A stretch of DNA of 64,000 bases from contig JBJKZX010000002.1 in NCBI GenBank assembly GCA_045569015.1, positions 301,962 through 365,961 of the forward strand, given 5' to 3'. This DNA comes from Fidelibacterota bacterium. Lineage in GTDB: Bacteria > Fidelibacterota > Marinisomatia > Marinisomatales > TCS55. This document shows, in pieces, positions 1 to 9,775 of the stretch. The stretch's first letter is position 1. Every line of letters begins with the position of its first letter. Under the pieces are notes generated by a model that was not told the DNA's origin, did no database searches, and worked only from the letters and a program-made list of their open reading frames with translations. A program made the translations under genes and the position numbers.

Positions 1-463
1 TTTCAATTGCTTTAACGGTGAACTTAACATCTTTTCCCTCTATCTCAAGGATAAAATGATCTCCGACCTCTTTGCCTATCATCTCTTGAGCAAACGGAGA
101 ATGGTAGGTGACTATATTGGGATACGAATCTAACTCGAATTCAATAGGCCCTAGTAAATTATATATCTCTGACGCATCTTTTCCTTCTTCATGAACAGTG
201 ACCTTATTGCCAAAACCCACCTCATCCGTATCGATATCACCATCCTCTATAAAACGAAACGGTGCATGCGACTGCATTAATTGTTTTTTGTAGACTATAA
301 GACTCTGCTCTTCCCTAGCCGCATGGTACTCAGCATTTTCTTTTAAATCTCCATGGTCCGCAGCTTCTTTTATTCTTTTTGAGGTCTCACGCTTCAAGCG
401 GTCTATTGTTTTCATTTCTTCTTCTAGTAAACGATAGGTCTCACGTAATATCAAAGTTGCCAT
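1..463 (-). CDS. greA: Transcription elongation factor GreA (3' end cut by window edge)
   Basis: My translation from the ATG at 461-463 gives MATLILRETYRLLEEEMKTIDRLKRETSKRIKEAADHGDLKENAEYHAAREEQ..., the GreA coiled-coil signature, followed by a GreA C-terminal-like region. AAGGAAG lies 7 nt upstream. Not in the ORF track because no stop falls inside the window. Confidence 0.85.
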   Translation of the reverse strand, partial: MATLILRETYRLLEEEMKTIDRLKRETSKRIKEAADHGDLKENAEYHAAREEQSLIVYKKQLMQSHAPFRFIEDGDIDTDEVGFGNKVTVHEEGKDASEIYNLLGPIEFELDSYPNIVTYHSPFAQEMIGKEVGDHFILEIEGKDVKFTVKAIE

Positions 464-487
464 GCAAACTTCCTTATTTTTTAAACG

Positions 488-982
488 TCAATCTAATGAC
501 TGAGTTTTTTGATTTATAGTATCTGAAAAATAAAACTTTATCTTTAACTCATCTCCAACTCGAACAAGATATGCGCTTTCATGCCATTCATAATTAGATA
601 ATTCTTTTTTTCCATTGTTAAGAGAAACAAATCTCCCTTTATTTTTGAAATAGGCATGAGCAGAATTCTTATCGATTGATATTTTCATATCTGAGAGTGT
701 CCAATCGTCCTCAATAGTATTAAACGATTGAGCAAAAGCAATAAAATCATCCGCTGTCATGATTTCTCCCATTTCGTATAAAACGTAATCGTCGGTTACA
801 TGGTTTTTAAAGTTATTAATATTATCGCTCTCAACTGAAAATGAATCAAACATATTTAAAATAGTTTTTCGTACCTCTTCCTCCGTTATTGGCTTGCTTG
901 AATTATTGCAGCTAGTCAAAAAGAAAGAAAGCAAAATAATTAAAGTTGGAAAAATATTTTTCAAAGTACTACTCCTAAGCAT
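488..982 (-). CDS. Small lipoprotein, NTF2-like (SnoaL/DUF4440-like) fold suspected
   Basis: 164-aa ORF with a signal peptide and lipobox (LTSC). Size and pattern resemble NTF2-like proteins. The function call is weak. Confidence 0.6.
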   Translation of the reverse strand: MLRSSTLKNIFPTLIILLSFFLTSCNNSSKPITEEEVRKTILNMFDSFSVESDNINNFKNHVTDDYVLYEMGEIMTADDFIAFAQSFNTIEDDWTLSDMKISIDKNSAHAYFKNKGRFVSLNNGKKELSNYEWHESAYLVRVGDELKIKFYFSDTINQKTQSLD

Positions 983-1227
983 CTATAGTTTATTTAAATT
1001 TACTAAAGAGGGTGAGAATAAATTAAAATTATTTTATATTTAGAAATGGAATTTTTTAAAAAGTATATGTTCGCCCTTTCAGCGCCCATCGCTTTATATT
1101 TTTGGTTTTTGTATTTCCAAGGATTTTTAAACCTATATCCATGTATAGTTTTAACAGCCGTTGCTACGCTGTCATATGTTCGGCAAAATAAAGGAAGATT
1201 TTTCTAGTCACAAAGTTATCACAAGTG

Positions 1228-1316
1228 CGGAGGGGGAGGGATTCGAACCCCCGAACGCTTTAACACGTTGCTGGTTTTCAAGACCAGTGCAATCAGCCAG
1301 GCTCTGCCACCCCTCC
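1228..1316 (-). tRNA. tRNA-Ser (anticodon UGA), long variable arm
   Basis: Reverse complement reads GGAGGGGTGGCAGAGCCTGGCTGATTGCACTGGTCTTGAAAACCAG...GGGGGTTCGAATCCCTCCCCCTCCG. It has a 7-bp acceptor stem, anticodon loop CTTGAAA, a long extra arm and a TTCGAAT T-loop. Confidence 0.9.
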
Positions 1317-1387
1317 GATAAATTATTTATAAAAACTTATATACAAAATTTAAAGAGAATTTTTAAAAAATTATCTAAGAAATTCTT

Positions 1388-4051
1388 TTATTTTATTAAT
1401 GACATTTTTTCAGTTTTAACAAAACCTTTCGAAGAGAGTTGGTAGAAATAGGTTCCGCTTGGGAGACTGGACCCATCAAAAGCAATACTATAAGATCCGC
1501 TTTGTTTATATCCATTTTCTAGCGTTTGAACGATTTGACCAAGACTATTATAAACGACCAAGGAAATTTTACCGCTTTCCGATAGGGAGTAATTTATTTT
1601 TGTCTGAGGGTTAAAAGGATTTGGATAATTCTTTTCTAGCTCAAAAATACTGGGATTTGTATTGTCGTTTTTAACAGATAAGTCTTCCCCTTCGTTGATT
1701 TTTAATACAAACAGGCCCTCTTCAATTGAGCTCACAACAATCGTCTTGCTTTCAAAATATGGATAATTACTCCAAGATCCAATATAATCAAATTTGTCTC
1801 CTGCAGGGTACGTATCAAAATATGCAATCTCCTTTGGATTAATAGGGTCAGCAATGCTTAATACTCTCAGACCTGATGAATAATTTGATTGGTACAACAA
1901 TGTATCAATTATATAATTATTATGATCAATAGTTTTTAAGTCCGATTTAAATGTATTTGCTAAAATGGGTTTATCTAAATCTGTAATGTCAAATACTAGT
2001 GTAGTTTGATATGCATCAACACCACGTATCTCATTAAGCTCGTCATTGGTGTAAAAATATTTATGATTTTCAGATATCCAGCCTTGGTGTATATATCTAA
2101 AATTACTGGACTCATACTTAGAGATGATTTTAAGATTGGATTTATCTGTAACATCTGCAATACCTAAAGCAGTCTCGTTGCAAGTAAGCGCAATTTCTTT
2201 ACCGTAATAATCAGTGTCAGGGCCCTTGTAGATGATAAATTGGCCATCGTGCACATACCCATCTCCATATCTCCCAGTAGTTTCATCTTTTAAGCAACCA
2301 GAAAATTTAGGGTTCACTGGATCATTTATATCAATAATGTGAGCACCGCATATATATTTTGAATCTGAAGCGGTGCCAATACCAAATGCATACGCAAAAC
2401 CGGTTTCTTCGTTTATAGCAATGTTATGCACTTCTCCTACTTTATCGTAGTAAGCGGTTTTTTGAAATGTTGTGAAAGAGGATATATTTCGCAATTGCGT
2501 CAGATCAAATATCTGAATACCGTGATAGGAAGCATTATCCGCAACAATGTAAGCATGGTTTTTATAAACCTTGACATCTCTCCAGGAAGAGCTTCCAGCC
2601 TCAGTTGGAAGTATGCCAAGTACTATCGGCGCAGATGGATCAGATACATCAACAAAAGATACACCATTCAAAAGGCCAACAAGAGCAATCTCTTTTCCCG
2701 TTTGGGGATCAGTCCATCCCCAAATATCATTCAACTCTCTTCCTCCCATATCCTCAGCACTAACAAATGCATAAAAGTCAATTCCGGAACAAGGATATTT
2801 GCCGTTAGCTAACCCTCCTTTCTTGTAGTAATTAGACAAATTACCAACAGAGCATGGAGAATATGAATTCAAAATGCTTTCATTTCTATTTGAGCTAGAT
2901 AGCACCTCATTAATTTTCCAGTTTTGATCACCATTATTATTATAAACGTAAGCAATTTGCCCGTATGTCGCTCCAACCACCAATTTGTTCTCATCAAGAT
3001 AAAGAGATCTTCCAAATTTAGAGCCTGGGAAGTTTTGAGGAGAAAGAGTCTGTAAACTAACGTAGGATCCATTATTAGCTCCAAAGAGATTCACATTCTC
3101 ACCATTAAAACTACCGACAGCTAAATGATTGCCTTTGGCATTAACCGATGAACCGAAATAAGATTTTTCTTCAGCTGAATCATTAGTTATAATTTGTTGT
3201 TTGCTCCACGTACTTTCATCAAAACTATAAACATGCACTTCCCCTTTTTGATTGTAGCCCGGATATCCTATAAATGCTTTATTTTCTAGTAGCGCAACAG
3301 AATACCCAAACCTTCCTCCGCTTTGAAGCTTGAATGGAGTAAACGTGTGATTCTCAACCCAACCTAAAGAGGTTTCATCAAAAATATAATCAATTGCTAT
3401 ATTTCCATCCCTTGATCCAATTAATGCTCGATTTTCTTCGATATCTATCGCATGGCCAAACATTCCGTGAGAACCTATTTTTTCTGCTGAAATTGAACTT
3501 ATTGGAGTCCATTCTTTGATATTTTTATTATAGTATATTGCATAAACCATTCCATCTTCGTCGCGAGCGAGACGATCCCCTATTAAAATGAAATTTCCAT
3601 TGACAGCTACTGCTGAGCCAAAGTCTGTTGTCCATTCGTTCTTATTTGGAATTATTTCTTTTTCTGAAACCCACTTGTTATTTTGCGATCTTTTATAAAT
3701 AAAAGCACGACCTACACCATCACCCGATATACTTGGGGCACCAACTACCATAAAGTTTCCATCTACAGAAATAGAGTGGCCAAAATCGTATTTAACGGTA
3801 CCAGTAATGTTTGGAAAAATCTCTTCTTTGATTGTGTTGTTTTGATCTGAAAAATCATAAATATACACTGAACCATTATTAAGTGTTGATCTTGATTGCC
3901 CAACAAAAACCTGATCTCCATTAATAAATGTGGCACCCATAACTCCGAAACCAAGAGTGTGGTGGGGTCTGCTTTTTGGATCATCAGGGTGCAGTTTATT
4001 GTTTGAAAAAAGTAATGACGGGAGGAGGAGAAGAGATAAATATTTATTCAT
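1388..4051 (-). CDS. Secreted FG-GAP-repeat / LVIVD (choice-of-anchor-B-like) beta-propeller protein with T9SS C-terminal sorting domain
   Basis: 887 aa with an N-terminal signal peptide. At least 6 repeats of the FGxSxxxxGNxxxVGAP type (FG-GAP-like). The central NDIWGWTDPQTGKEIALVG...VDVSDPSAP segment is LVIVD-like. The C-terminus NYPNPFNPQTKINYSL...GTYFYQLSSKGFVKTEKMSLIK is a T9SS type-A CTD. Confidence 0.8.
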   Translation of the reverse strand: MNKYLSLLLLPSLLFSNNKLHPDDPKSRPHHTLGFGVMGATFINGDQVFVGQSRSTLNNGSVYIYDFSDQNNTIKEEIFPNITGTVKYDFGHSISVDGNFMVVGAPSISGDGVGRAFIYKRSQNNKWVSEKEIIPNKNEWTTDFGSAVAVNGNFILIGDRLARDEDGMVYAIYYNKNIKEWTPISSISAEKIGSHGMFGHAIDIEENRALIGSRDGNIAIDYIFDETSLGWVENHTFTPFKLQSGGRFGYSVALLENKAFIGYPGYNQKGEVHVYSFDESTWSKQQIITNDSAEEKSYFGSSVNAKGNHLAVGSFNGENVNLFGANNGSYVSLQTLSPQNFPGSKFGRSLYLDENKLVVGATYGQIAYVYNNNGDQNWKINEVLSSSNRNESILNSYSPCSVGNLSNYYKKGGLANGKYPCSGIDFYAFVSAEDMGGRELNDIWGWTDPQTGKEIALVGLLNGVSFVDVSDPSAPIVLGILPTEAGSSSWRDVKVYKNHAYIVADNASYHGIQIFDLTQLRNISSFTTFQKTAYYDKVGEVHNIAINEETGFAYAFGIGTASDSKYICGAHIIDINDPVNPKFSGCLKDETTGRYGDGYVHDGQFIIYKGPDTDYYGKEIALTCNETALGIADVTDKSNLKIISKYESSNFRYIHQGWISENHKYFYTNDELNEIRGVDAYQTTLVFDITDLDKPILANTFKSDLKTIDHNNYIIDTLLYQSNYSSGLRVLSIADPINPKEIAYFDTYPAGDKFDYIGSWSNYPYFESKTIVVSSIEEGLFVLKINEGEDLSVKNDNTNPSIFELEKNYPNPFNPQTKINYSLSESGKISLVVYNSLGQIVQTLENGYKQSGSYSIAFDGSSLPSGTYFYQLSSKGFVKTEKMSLIK

Positions 4052-4233
4052 AATAACCTTGGCTTGAGATTTAGTTTTTTAGTCTATAAGCATAAAGTAT
4101 AATACTTAATAATTTACAATAAGTTGCATAGCATTTTTTTAAAATGTGATAATTAAATAACTATAAATGAATTAAGTATTTTTATAAATTTTAATGTTTC
4201 ATCACGCCTAAATCGCCAATAAAGCAAACAAGA

Positions 4234-5064
4234 ATGAGTAATAAAATCATATATAAACTTGCATCATTTTCGCATCTGATGATAGCGAGCCTACTTCTAA
4301 CTAACTGTTCACAGATTAATCAGAATATTACCAGTTTCAACCTTTATTCAACAGAAGAAGAAATACAGTTTGGCTATAAAATTTCAAAACAATACGATCA
4401 ACAATTAACTCTAAATACCAACCCTGAAATTGTAAGCTATATTAATGATATTGGGCAAAAACTCGTAAAAGTATCAAAGCGAAGCTCTGTTCCATTTGTT
4501 TTTAAGGTTGTTGACGATCCATCTGTTAACGCGTTTGCTCTGCCTGGTGGATTCTGCTATATAAATACCGGGTTGATTCTTTTTGCTGATACAGAGTCAG
4601 AACTCGCCTCAGTTATTGGGCATGAAATTGCACATGTTGTAGGAGAGCACAGCATGAAGAGATTAAGCAAGACCCGCGCATTAAACAGTGTGCTTCAAGT
4701 TGGCAGCATACTGGGTTCAATTTTTATTGGTCAAGAGACCACTGAAAATGCTCTCATGATTGCAGATTTGGCAAGCACAGGTGTCCTATTAAATTATAGC
4801 AGAGGCGACGAGCTTGAAGCTGACAGACTAGGTCTTCAACAAATGCATGATGCAGGTTTAAACCCAATAGGATCGCAATCATTTTTTCAAAAATTATCAA
4901 AAAAAGATGGAGGCAATTCAGCTGGATTCTTCAGTACACATCCAGCAACAGATGATAGGTTTAAGCAGGCCAAGCGCCTAATAAATAATCTTCCAAAAAA
5001 GGATTATGAACCGCTTTCAAATTCAAGATTTGAAAAAGTTAAAAAAATTCTATCAAAGAAATAA
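4234..5064 (+). CDS. M48-family zinc metallopeptidase lipoprotein
   Basis: 276 aa with lipobox LLLTNCS, the HEIAHV (HExxH) motif, a downstream GDELEADRLG and NAFALPGG, all typical of M48/BepA-like peptidases. Confidence 0.85.
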   Translation: MSNKIIYKLASFSHLMIASLLLTNCSQINQNITSFNLYSTEEEIQFGYKISKQYDQQLTLNTNPEIVSYINDIGQKLVKVSKRSSVPFVFKVVDDPSVNAFALPGGFCYINTGLILFADTESELASVIGHEIAHVVGEHSMKRLSKTRALNSVLQVGSILGSIFIGQETTENALMIADLASTGVLLNYSRGDELEADRLGLQQMHDAGLNPIGSQSFFQKLSKKDGGNSAGFFSTHPATDDRFKQAKRLINNLPKKDYEPLSNSRFEKVKKILSKK

Positions 5065-5073
5065 TACTAGGTT

Positions 5074-6108
5074 TTATCTCAGGCTTGTATCGTTATCAAT
5101 TAACGACACTCCCATACCGTGTGTGCGAGGTAGGATTAATCTTCCATTGTCAACGGTAACTCCTTTATAGGGATCATTGTTAATTAATAAATTTCCATCT
5201 AAATCTGCATAGTCAACCAATGGGGAAATATGTGCGGCTGCAGTTATAGCAACTGAAGACTCAATCATACAGCCAAGCATTATTTGCATATCTCTTTCTC
5301 GAGCCATTTTTACCATTTTAATTGCTTCGAATAAACTGCCGCACTTCATCAGCTTTATATTTATTCCATCAAAAACGTTTTCAATTTTAGGAATATCAGA
5401 TGCATTTATACTATTCTCATCTGCAATGATTGGTAGGGGTGATTTAATTTTTAACTGAGCGGTGTCAGATAAGTTCGTTGATTTAAACGGCTGTTCAATA
5501 AACTCAATATTGTTGTCTGCGAGCCAAAATGACATTGATATGCCGGTTTCAAGATCCCAACCTTCGTTTGCATCAACGCGTATAGTTTTATCGGTTTCAC
5601 GCCGAATTTGCTCAATAATAGACTTATCATTATCTAAGCCTGTGCCAAGCTTTACTTTTAAAATATTGTACGGATCAGCCTCTTTTATTTTTTGAGGCAA
5701 AAGGTCCATATCTCCTATTGAAATTGTAAAAGAAGTTTGAGGTGATTTTTCTGGATCAGCGTTAAAATATTCATACAAGGGTTTTTGGTTTATTTGACAC
5801 CACAAATCAAGAGCTGCCATTGAAAATGCCACCTCAAGTGCCTTAATATTTTCACACTGGTTCGATAAATGGTTAGAAAACTCATGGATGTTGTCTATGT
5901 TTTCTGGAATAGTGATCCCTTTGTTTAAAATTGAGAGGATTCGTTCTGTGGATTCGTTGTAACGATTTGATGGAGCCGCTTCTCCTCTTCCCACCATACC
6001 ATTCAACTCTAGATACACAAAAACAATATCATAAAATGAATGAGTGCTCCGCGATATTCCAAATGGATGCGTGCATTCAATCCGATACGTTTCAAAGTAA
6101 AATTGCAT
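5074..6108 (-). CDS. Enolase-superfamily dipeptide (L-Ala-D/L-Glu-type) epimerase / N-acyl amino acid racemase homolog
   Basis: Motifs KVKLG, RVDANEGW, IEQPF, ADE and KLMKCGS fit the MLE-subgroup metal and base residues. I place the start at the ATG at 6106-6108 (MQFYFETYRIE), 2 nt after the GGT stop, rather than at 6141, which overlaps ggt. Confidence 0.8.
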   Translation of the reverse strand: MQFYFETYRIECTHPFGISRSTHSFYDIVFVYLELNGMVGRGEAAPSNRYNESTERILSILNKGITIPENIDNIHEFSNHLSNQCENIKALEVAFSMAALDLWCQINQKPLYEYFNADPEKSPQTSFTISIGDMDLLPQKIKEADPYNILKVKLGTGLDNDKSIIEQIRRETDKTIRVDANEGWDLETGISMSFWLADNNIEFIEQPFKSTNLSDTAQLKIKSPLPIIADENSINASDIPKIENVFDGINIKLMKCGSLFEAIKMVKMARERDMQIMLGCMIESSVAITAAAHISPLVDYADLDGNLLINNDPYKGVTVDNGRLILPRTHGMGVSLIDNDTSLR

Positions 6109-6110
6109 AT

Positions 6111-7742
6111 CTACTTTACAGCGCCACTGCTTCCTTGCCAATCAGGGTCCGAAACTGCAACCCAATCGTTACCTTCACGCATTATAGCATACACTCTACC
6201 AAAATTTGCCTTACCCTCTCTAAGCTTCATAGAATGGCCTAGTTGATTAAAAAAAAGAGTATCTTTTAAAGAGTAAACATAGTCCTCATTGTAGATACTT
6301 GCATTAGTAGAAACTGCTTCTATTTCCATGTTGTCGCTTGTCGGATGCACTCTCGGCAAAGCCATGGCATCGGCAAGAGAAAAGTTTTGATCTATAACTC
6401 TGCTTATAACAGCGACGATGGAAGAAGGTATGCGAGATCCACCTGCAGCGCCCAGAGCTAAAAAAGGTTTTCCTTCTCTTGAAACAATGATAGGTGATAT
6501 ATGTGACGGAGCCCTAACTCCAGGTTTTATTTCACCTAGATATCCACCCAATGTTTGAGCATACATGAATCCGAGACCAGGAGTGGCGACCTTGGAACCC
6601 ATTGTGGTGCCAATTGTCTGAGTTAAAGCAACAACCATGCCATTTTTGTCAGCAACAGTTAAGTGTGTAGTATGGCCGAGTAATGCAGTGTAAGAATCAG
6701 GAAGATCGGTTAGGCTGGAAAGATTTGCATTTTTGATGTCGTCAACACGCTTTTTTGCCCATGCTTTTGAGGTGAATCTTTTTGCATCGTCCAGTGTGAA
6801 TTGTACCCGTCTATCAAGATAGGCTGCATCAATAGCATCATGTACAGACTCTGCCCACTCGAATTTATTTGAGAGATCGCTTTCGAGTAACTCTAGTATA
6901 TGAAGAGCCTCTATAGTAATTGCGCCAAAGGCTGGCATCCACAGAGCATTTAAATCATAACCACGATAGTTTCCTGATACAATATGAGAGGTTTTTGCCT
7001 CATACGAAGCAAGAGCTTCCATGGATAGAACTCCACCGTTTTTTGTGTTATCTTCAATCATTTTCTCAGCAATCCATCCAGAATAAAATACGCTCGAACC
7101 TTGACTAGAAATAGCTTTAAGTACATTTGATAAATCTTTTTGTACTAGTAGTTTACCGGATAATAATGGAGAACCATCAGGGTTAGTAAAATACTGCTTA
7201 GTGCCACTAAATTCATTTAATTTTTCATTAACACCTTTAAGCCTTCTTGCTTCTCCTTCAATCAAAAAGTGTCCTTTTTCAGCGTGCGATATTGCGTCAA
7301 CCATAACATCTGAAAGTTGCATAGTTCCATATTCACTTAAACCTGTTGCTAGACCTTTCACTGTTCCAGGGATACCAATGCTAGGATATCCGTATGTTTT
7401 CTTTGGCGCATTTTCATAATCATAATCGTTGGGCGCAGCAGTAGTAGCATCTATTCCATGAAAACCAGATGCAGGAGAATAAATTAATATTTGTGTTCTT
7501 CCGCCAAGGCCATTCATTGTAGGCTCAACGACCGTTAGTGTAAATGCCGCGGCTACAGCTGCATCCATTGCATTCCCTCCTGCTGTGAGAATATCTACAG
7601 CTGCATTTGTAGCTAATGGATGTGCGGTAGAAACGGCGCCCTTGCTTGATATTGCAACCTTATTTTTAGATTCGCTGTATATCCCCTTATTCTGGCATGC
7701 AATAAATAAAAACGGTATAAATATATATCTTATTCGTATCAT
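6111..7742 (-). CDS. ggt: Gamma-glutamyltransferase / gamma-glutamyl hydrolase, exported
   Basis: 543 aa with a signal/lipobox-like N-terminus (FIACQ). It has the autoprocessing site LLGHTTHLTVADKNG, GGSRIPS and a PVHP-like motif. Its start overlaps the upstream gene stop as ATGA. Confidence 0.9.
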   Translation of the reverse strand: MIRIRYIFIPFLFIACQNKGIYSESKNKVAISSKGAVSTAHPLATNAAVDILTAGGNAMDAAVAAAFTLTVVEPTMNGLGGRTQILIYSPASGFHGIDATTAAPNDYDYENAPKKTYGYPSIGIPGTVKGLATGLSEYGTMQLSDVMVDAISHAEKGHFLIEGEARRLKGVNEKLNEFSGTKQYFTNPDGSPLLSGKLLVQKDLSNVLKAISSQGSSVFYSGWIAEKMIEDNTKNGGVLSMEALASYEAKTSHIVSGNYRGYDLNALWMPAFGAITIEALHILELLESDLSNKFEWAESVHDAIDAAYLDRRVQFTLDDAKRFTSKAWAKKRVDDIKNANLSSLTDLPDSYTALLGHTTHLTVADKNGMVVALTQTIGTTMGSKVATPGLGFMYAQTLGGYLGEIKPGVRAPSHISPIIVSREGKPFLALGAAGGSRIPSSIVAVISRVIDQNFSLADAMALPRVHPTSDNMEIEAVSTNASIYNEDYVYSLKDTLFFNQLGHSMKLREGKANFGRVYAIMREGNDWVAVSDPDWQGSSGAVK

Positions 7743-8776
7743 AATAGATCCTCAATCGCACTAATTAAACCTTTGTTTCCAAAGCGAACTAAATCTGTAG
7801 ATTCAATATTAAACTCCTTTTGAGATTCATTAATAACCTCGCGTGCTTTTTCTTCATCATAAGCGAAGGTTAATAAATTAATTCCTATGAACTTGGATTG
7901 CTTAAAAGACTTCATCAAATCTAGATGAAGATCCATAACGTGGCGCATTGATGTCATAGGGAATTCTGTAACATCAAGGTCTCGAGTTGGGTCATGGGTC
8001 ATCAGCATATAATCAGGCATAGCACCATGCATTAATCCAAGAGTTACTCCTGCGTAAAATTGATTGGTCAATGCACCTTGACCTTCAACGACAACAAGCT
8101 CTGTATCCTGAGGTGAATTATCTATAAGATGCTCTATCTCCCCAGCCATAAAATCTGATTTGACCGCATCAATAGGCACGCCGGATCCACTAAGCAGAAT
8201 GCCGGTCTGCCCTGTACCAATAAATTCCACTTTTTTACCTCTAGCCCTCAAGCGCTGAGTAACCTCCCAAGCTGTTGTCATTTTTCCTGTGTCACAATCC
8301 GTGCCAACAATCAATAATACAGGTACTTTTCTGCTTTGCCATGATCCTAATGGAAAATGGGGAGGATCAGGAGGCATTCTTAGGTCGACAAGCCTTACTT
8401 TCTTTTTTCCTGCTAATCTTTTTAGATCTTTATCATCATTTAAAAATTGATGCATTCCACTAATTACATCGCAACCCGCGTTTATTGCATTAACAATCTC
8501 CTGACGATATTCTTCAGTTATAAACCCACCTTGGGTCGCATTGCCAATAACTAGGGTATCGGGCTTTAGATGTAGCGTAGCGTTAAAATCAGGTAAAATG
8601 GGTGTATTACCTCCAACCCCTACCTCTTTTTCGCAACTACTGCCAACTTTTTCTTTATCAACTACAGCTACAACTTCATCAGGGCGATAGCGAATAAGCA
8701 TATTTCCAGTCTTGTTTTTAATATAGTTAAATGCCTCATGGCAGAGTACAACAAATCGTTTTTTTGGGCTATTCAT
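7739..8776 (-). CDS. DUF1611-family protein (DgcN-like putative D-glutamate N-acetyltransferase)
   Basis: 345 aa. The motif GTDCDTGKMTTAWE and the N-terminal KTGNMLIRYRPDEVVAVVD match what I remember of DUF1611. Confidence 0.75.
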   Translation of the reverse strand: MNSPKKRFVVLCHEAFNYIKNKTGNMLIRYRPDEVVAVVDKEKVGSSCEKEVGVGGNTPILPDFNATLHLKPDTLVIGNATQGGFITEEYRQEIVNAINAGCDVISGMHQFLNDDKDLKRLAGKKKVRLVDLRMPPDPPHFPLGSWQSRKVPVLLIVGTDCDTGKMTTAWEVTQRLRARGKKVEFIGTGQTGILLSGSGVPIDAVKSDFMAGEIEHLIDNSPQDTELVVVEGQGALTNQFYAGVTLGLMHGAMPDYMLMTHDPTRDLDVTEFPMTSMRHVMDLHLDLMKSFKQSKFIGINLLTFAYDEEKAREVINESQKEFNIESTDLVRFGNKGLISAIEDLL

Positions 8777-8860
8777 ATCTAAGTGTTTTGTTTTGTTACG
8801 CTAAATAATTTTACATTAACTTTTAATTGATAAATTAACGGATTCAAGGCACTCTTTCAC

Positions 8861-9775
8861 ATGAAAAATTATAATATTGTCTTTTTTTTAGTTCTGCTAT
8901 TTTTGACAAATTGCGAGGATTCTTCTGAAAAAAATGAGGAACCAGTGCCGTCTACTACTTTTTTAAAATACGGTAATGGCAAGTTTCCATTCAATCATTA
9001 TATGCCTCTAGCAGAAACGCCTATAAATATTTACACTTATCTACCTGTTGAGGGAGCAACAGATCTTCCGCTTATTTTTGTTATGCATGGTAATAGTAGA
9101 AATGTTATAAATAACTGCGGATATTGGGGTGAGTCTGCAAGAAAATATAAATTTATTGTTATCTGCCCAGAATTCAATGAAGCTGATTTCCCCGGAAGCG
9201 CAAACTATCAAAACGGCATGATGTTTACTGGTGGTCAATTTGCCGACTCTACAAAATGGACATACAATCTCATTGAAGAAATTTTTTCGTATCTAAAACA
9301 AAATAATGTCACAACTCATGAGACTTTTGGAGTATACGGTTTTTCAGCAGGTGGGCAATTTGTGCATAGATACGCATTGTATACAGATCCTAAACGTGCT
9401 TCAATAATTATTGCAGGAGGAAGCGGCTGGTACACACTTCCCAATTATACGGAAAACTATCCATATGGATTAAATAATTCACCCTTCATAGAGAGTAATT
9501 TGAATGAAAAGTTTCAACTGCCGCTGATTATTATGGTTGGGGAAAATGATACAGATCCAAACGATTCAGATCTTAGAAAAACTGTACAGGCATTGCGGCA
9601 AGGTCCGCATCGCTATGCTAGAGCAAAAAACTTTTATCAGCTAGGTGCAAACAAAGCAAATCAACTTGGAGTTAGTTTTGATTGGATATTTACAGACGTA
9701 CCAGGCGTTGGCCACTCTTCTGAGAGTATAGCCCCTGTTGCTGCGGAACTATTCTTTAATAGCCTACAGAACTAA
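8861..9775 (+). CDS. Alpha/beta-hydrolase lipoprotein (esterase/depolymerase-like)
   Basis: 304 aa with lipobox LTNC, nucleophile elbow GFSAGG, and candidate Asp (GENDTD) and His (GVGHS). Substrate unknown. Confidence 0.65.
   Translation: MKNYNIVFFLVLLFLTNCEDSSEKNEEPVPSTTFLKYGNGKFPFNHYMPLAETPINIYTYLPVEGATDLPLIFVMHGNSRNVINNCGYWGESARKYKFIVICPEFNEADFPGSANYQNGMMFTGGQFADSTKWTYNLIEEIFSYLKQNNVTTHETFGVYGFSAGGQFVHRYALYTDPKRASIIIAGGSGWYTLPNYTENYPYGLNNSPFIESNLNEKFQLPLIIMVGENDTDPNDSDLRKTVQALRQGPHRYARAKNFYQLGANKANQLGVSFDWIFTDVPGVGHSSESIAPVAAELFFNSLQN

Noticed and set aside
1046-1207. 53-aa hydrophobic plus-strand ORF (MEFFKKYMFALSAPIALYFWFLYFQGFLNLYPCIV...) in the gap before tRNA-Ser, faintly DsbB-like around the PC.
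   Set aside because: It is too short, lacks the second Cys of a CxxC-type motif and has no clear RBS. It could be a small membrane protein or a gene remnant, but I cannot support it.
1161-1445. 94-aa plus-strand ORF in the track.
   Set aside because: It runs straight through the tRNA-Ser gene and into the end of the 887-aa gene, so it is spurious.
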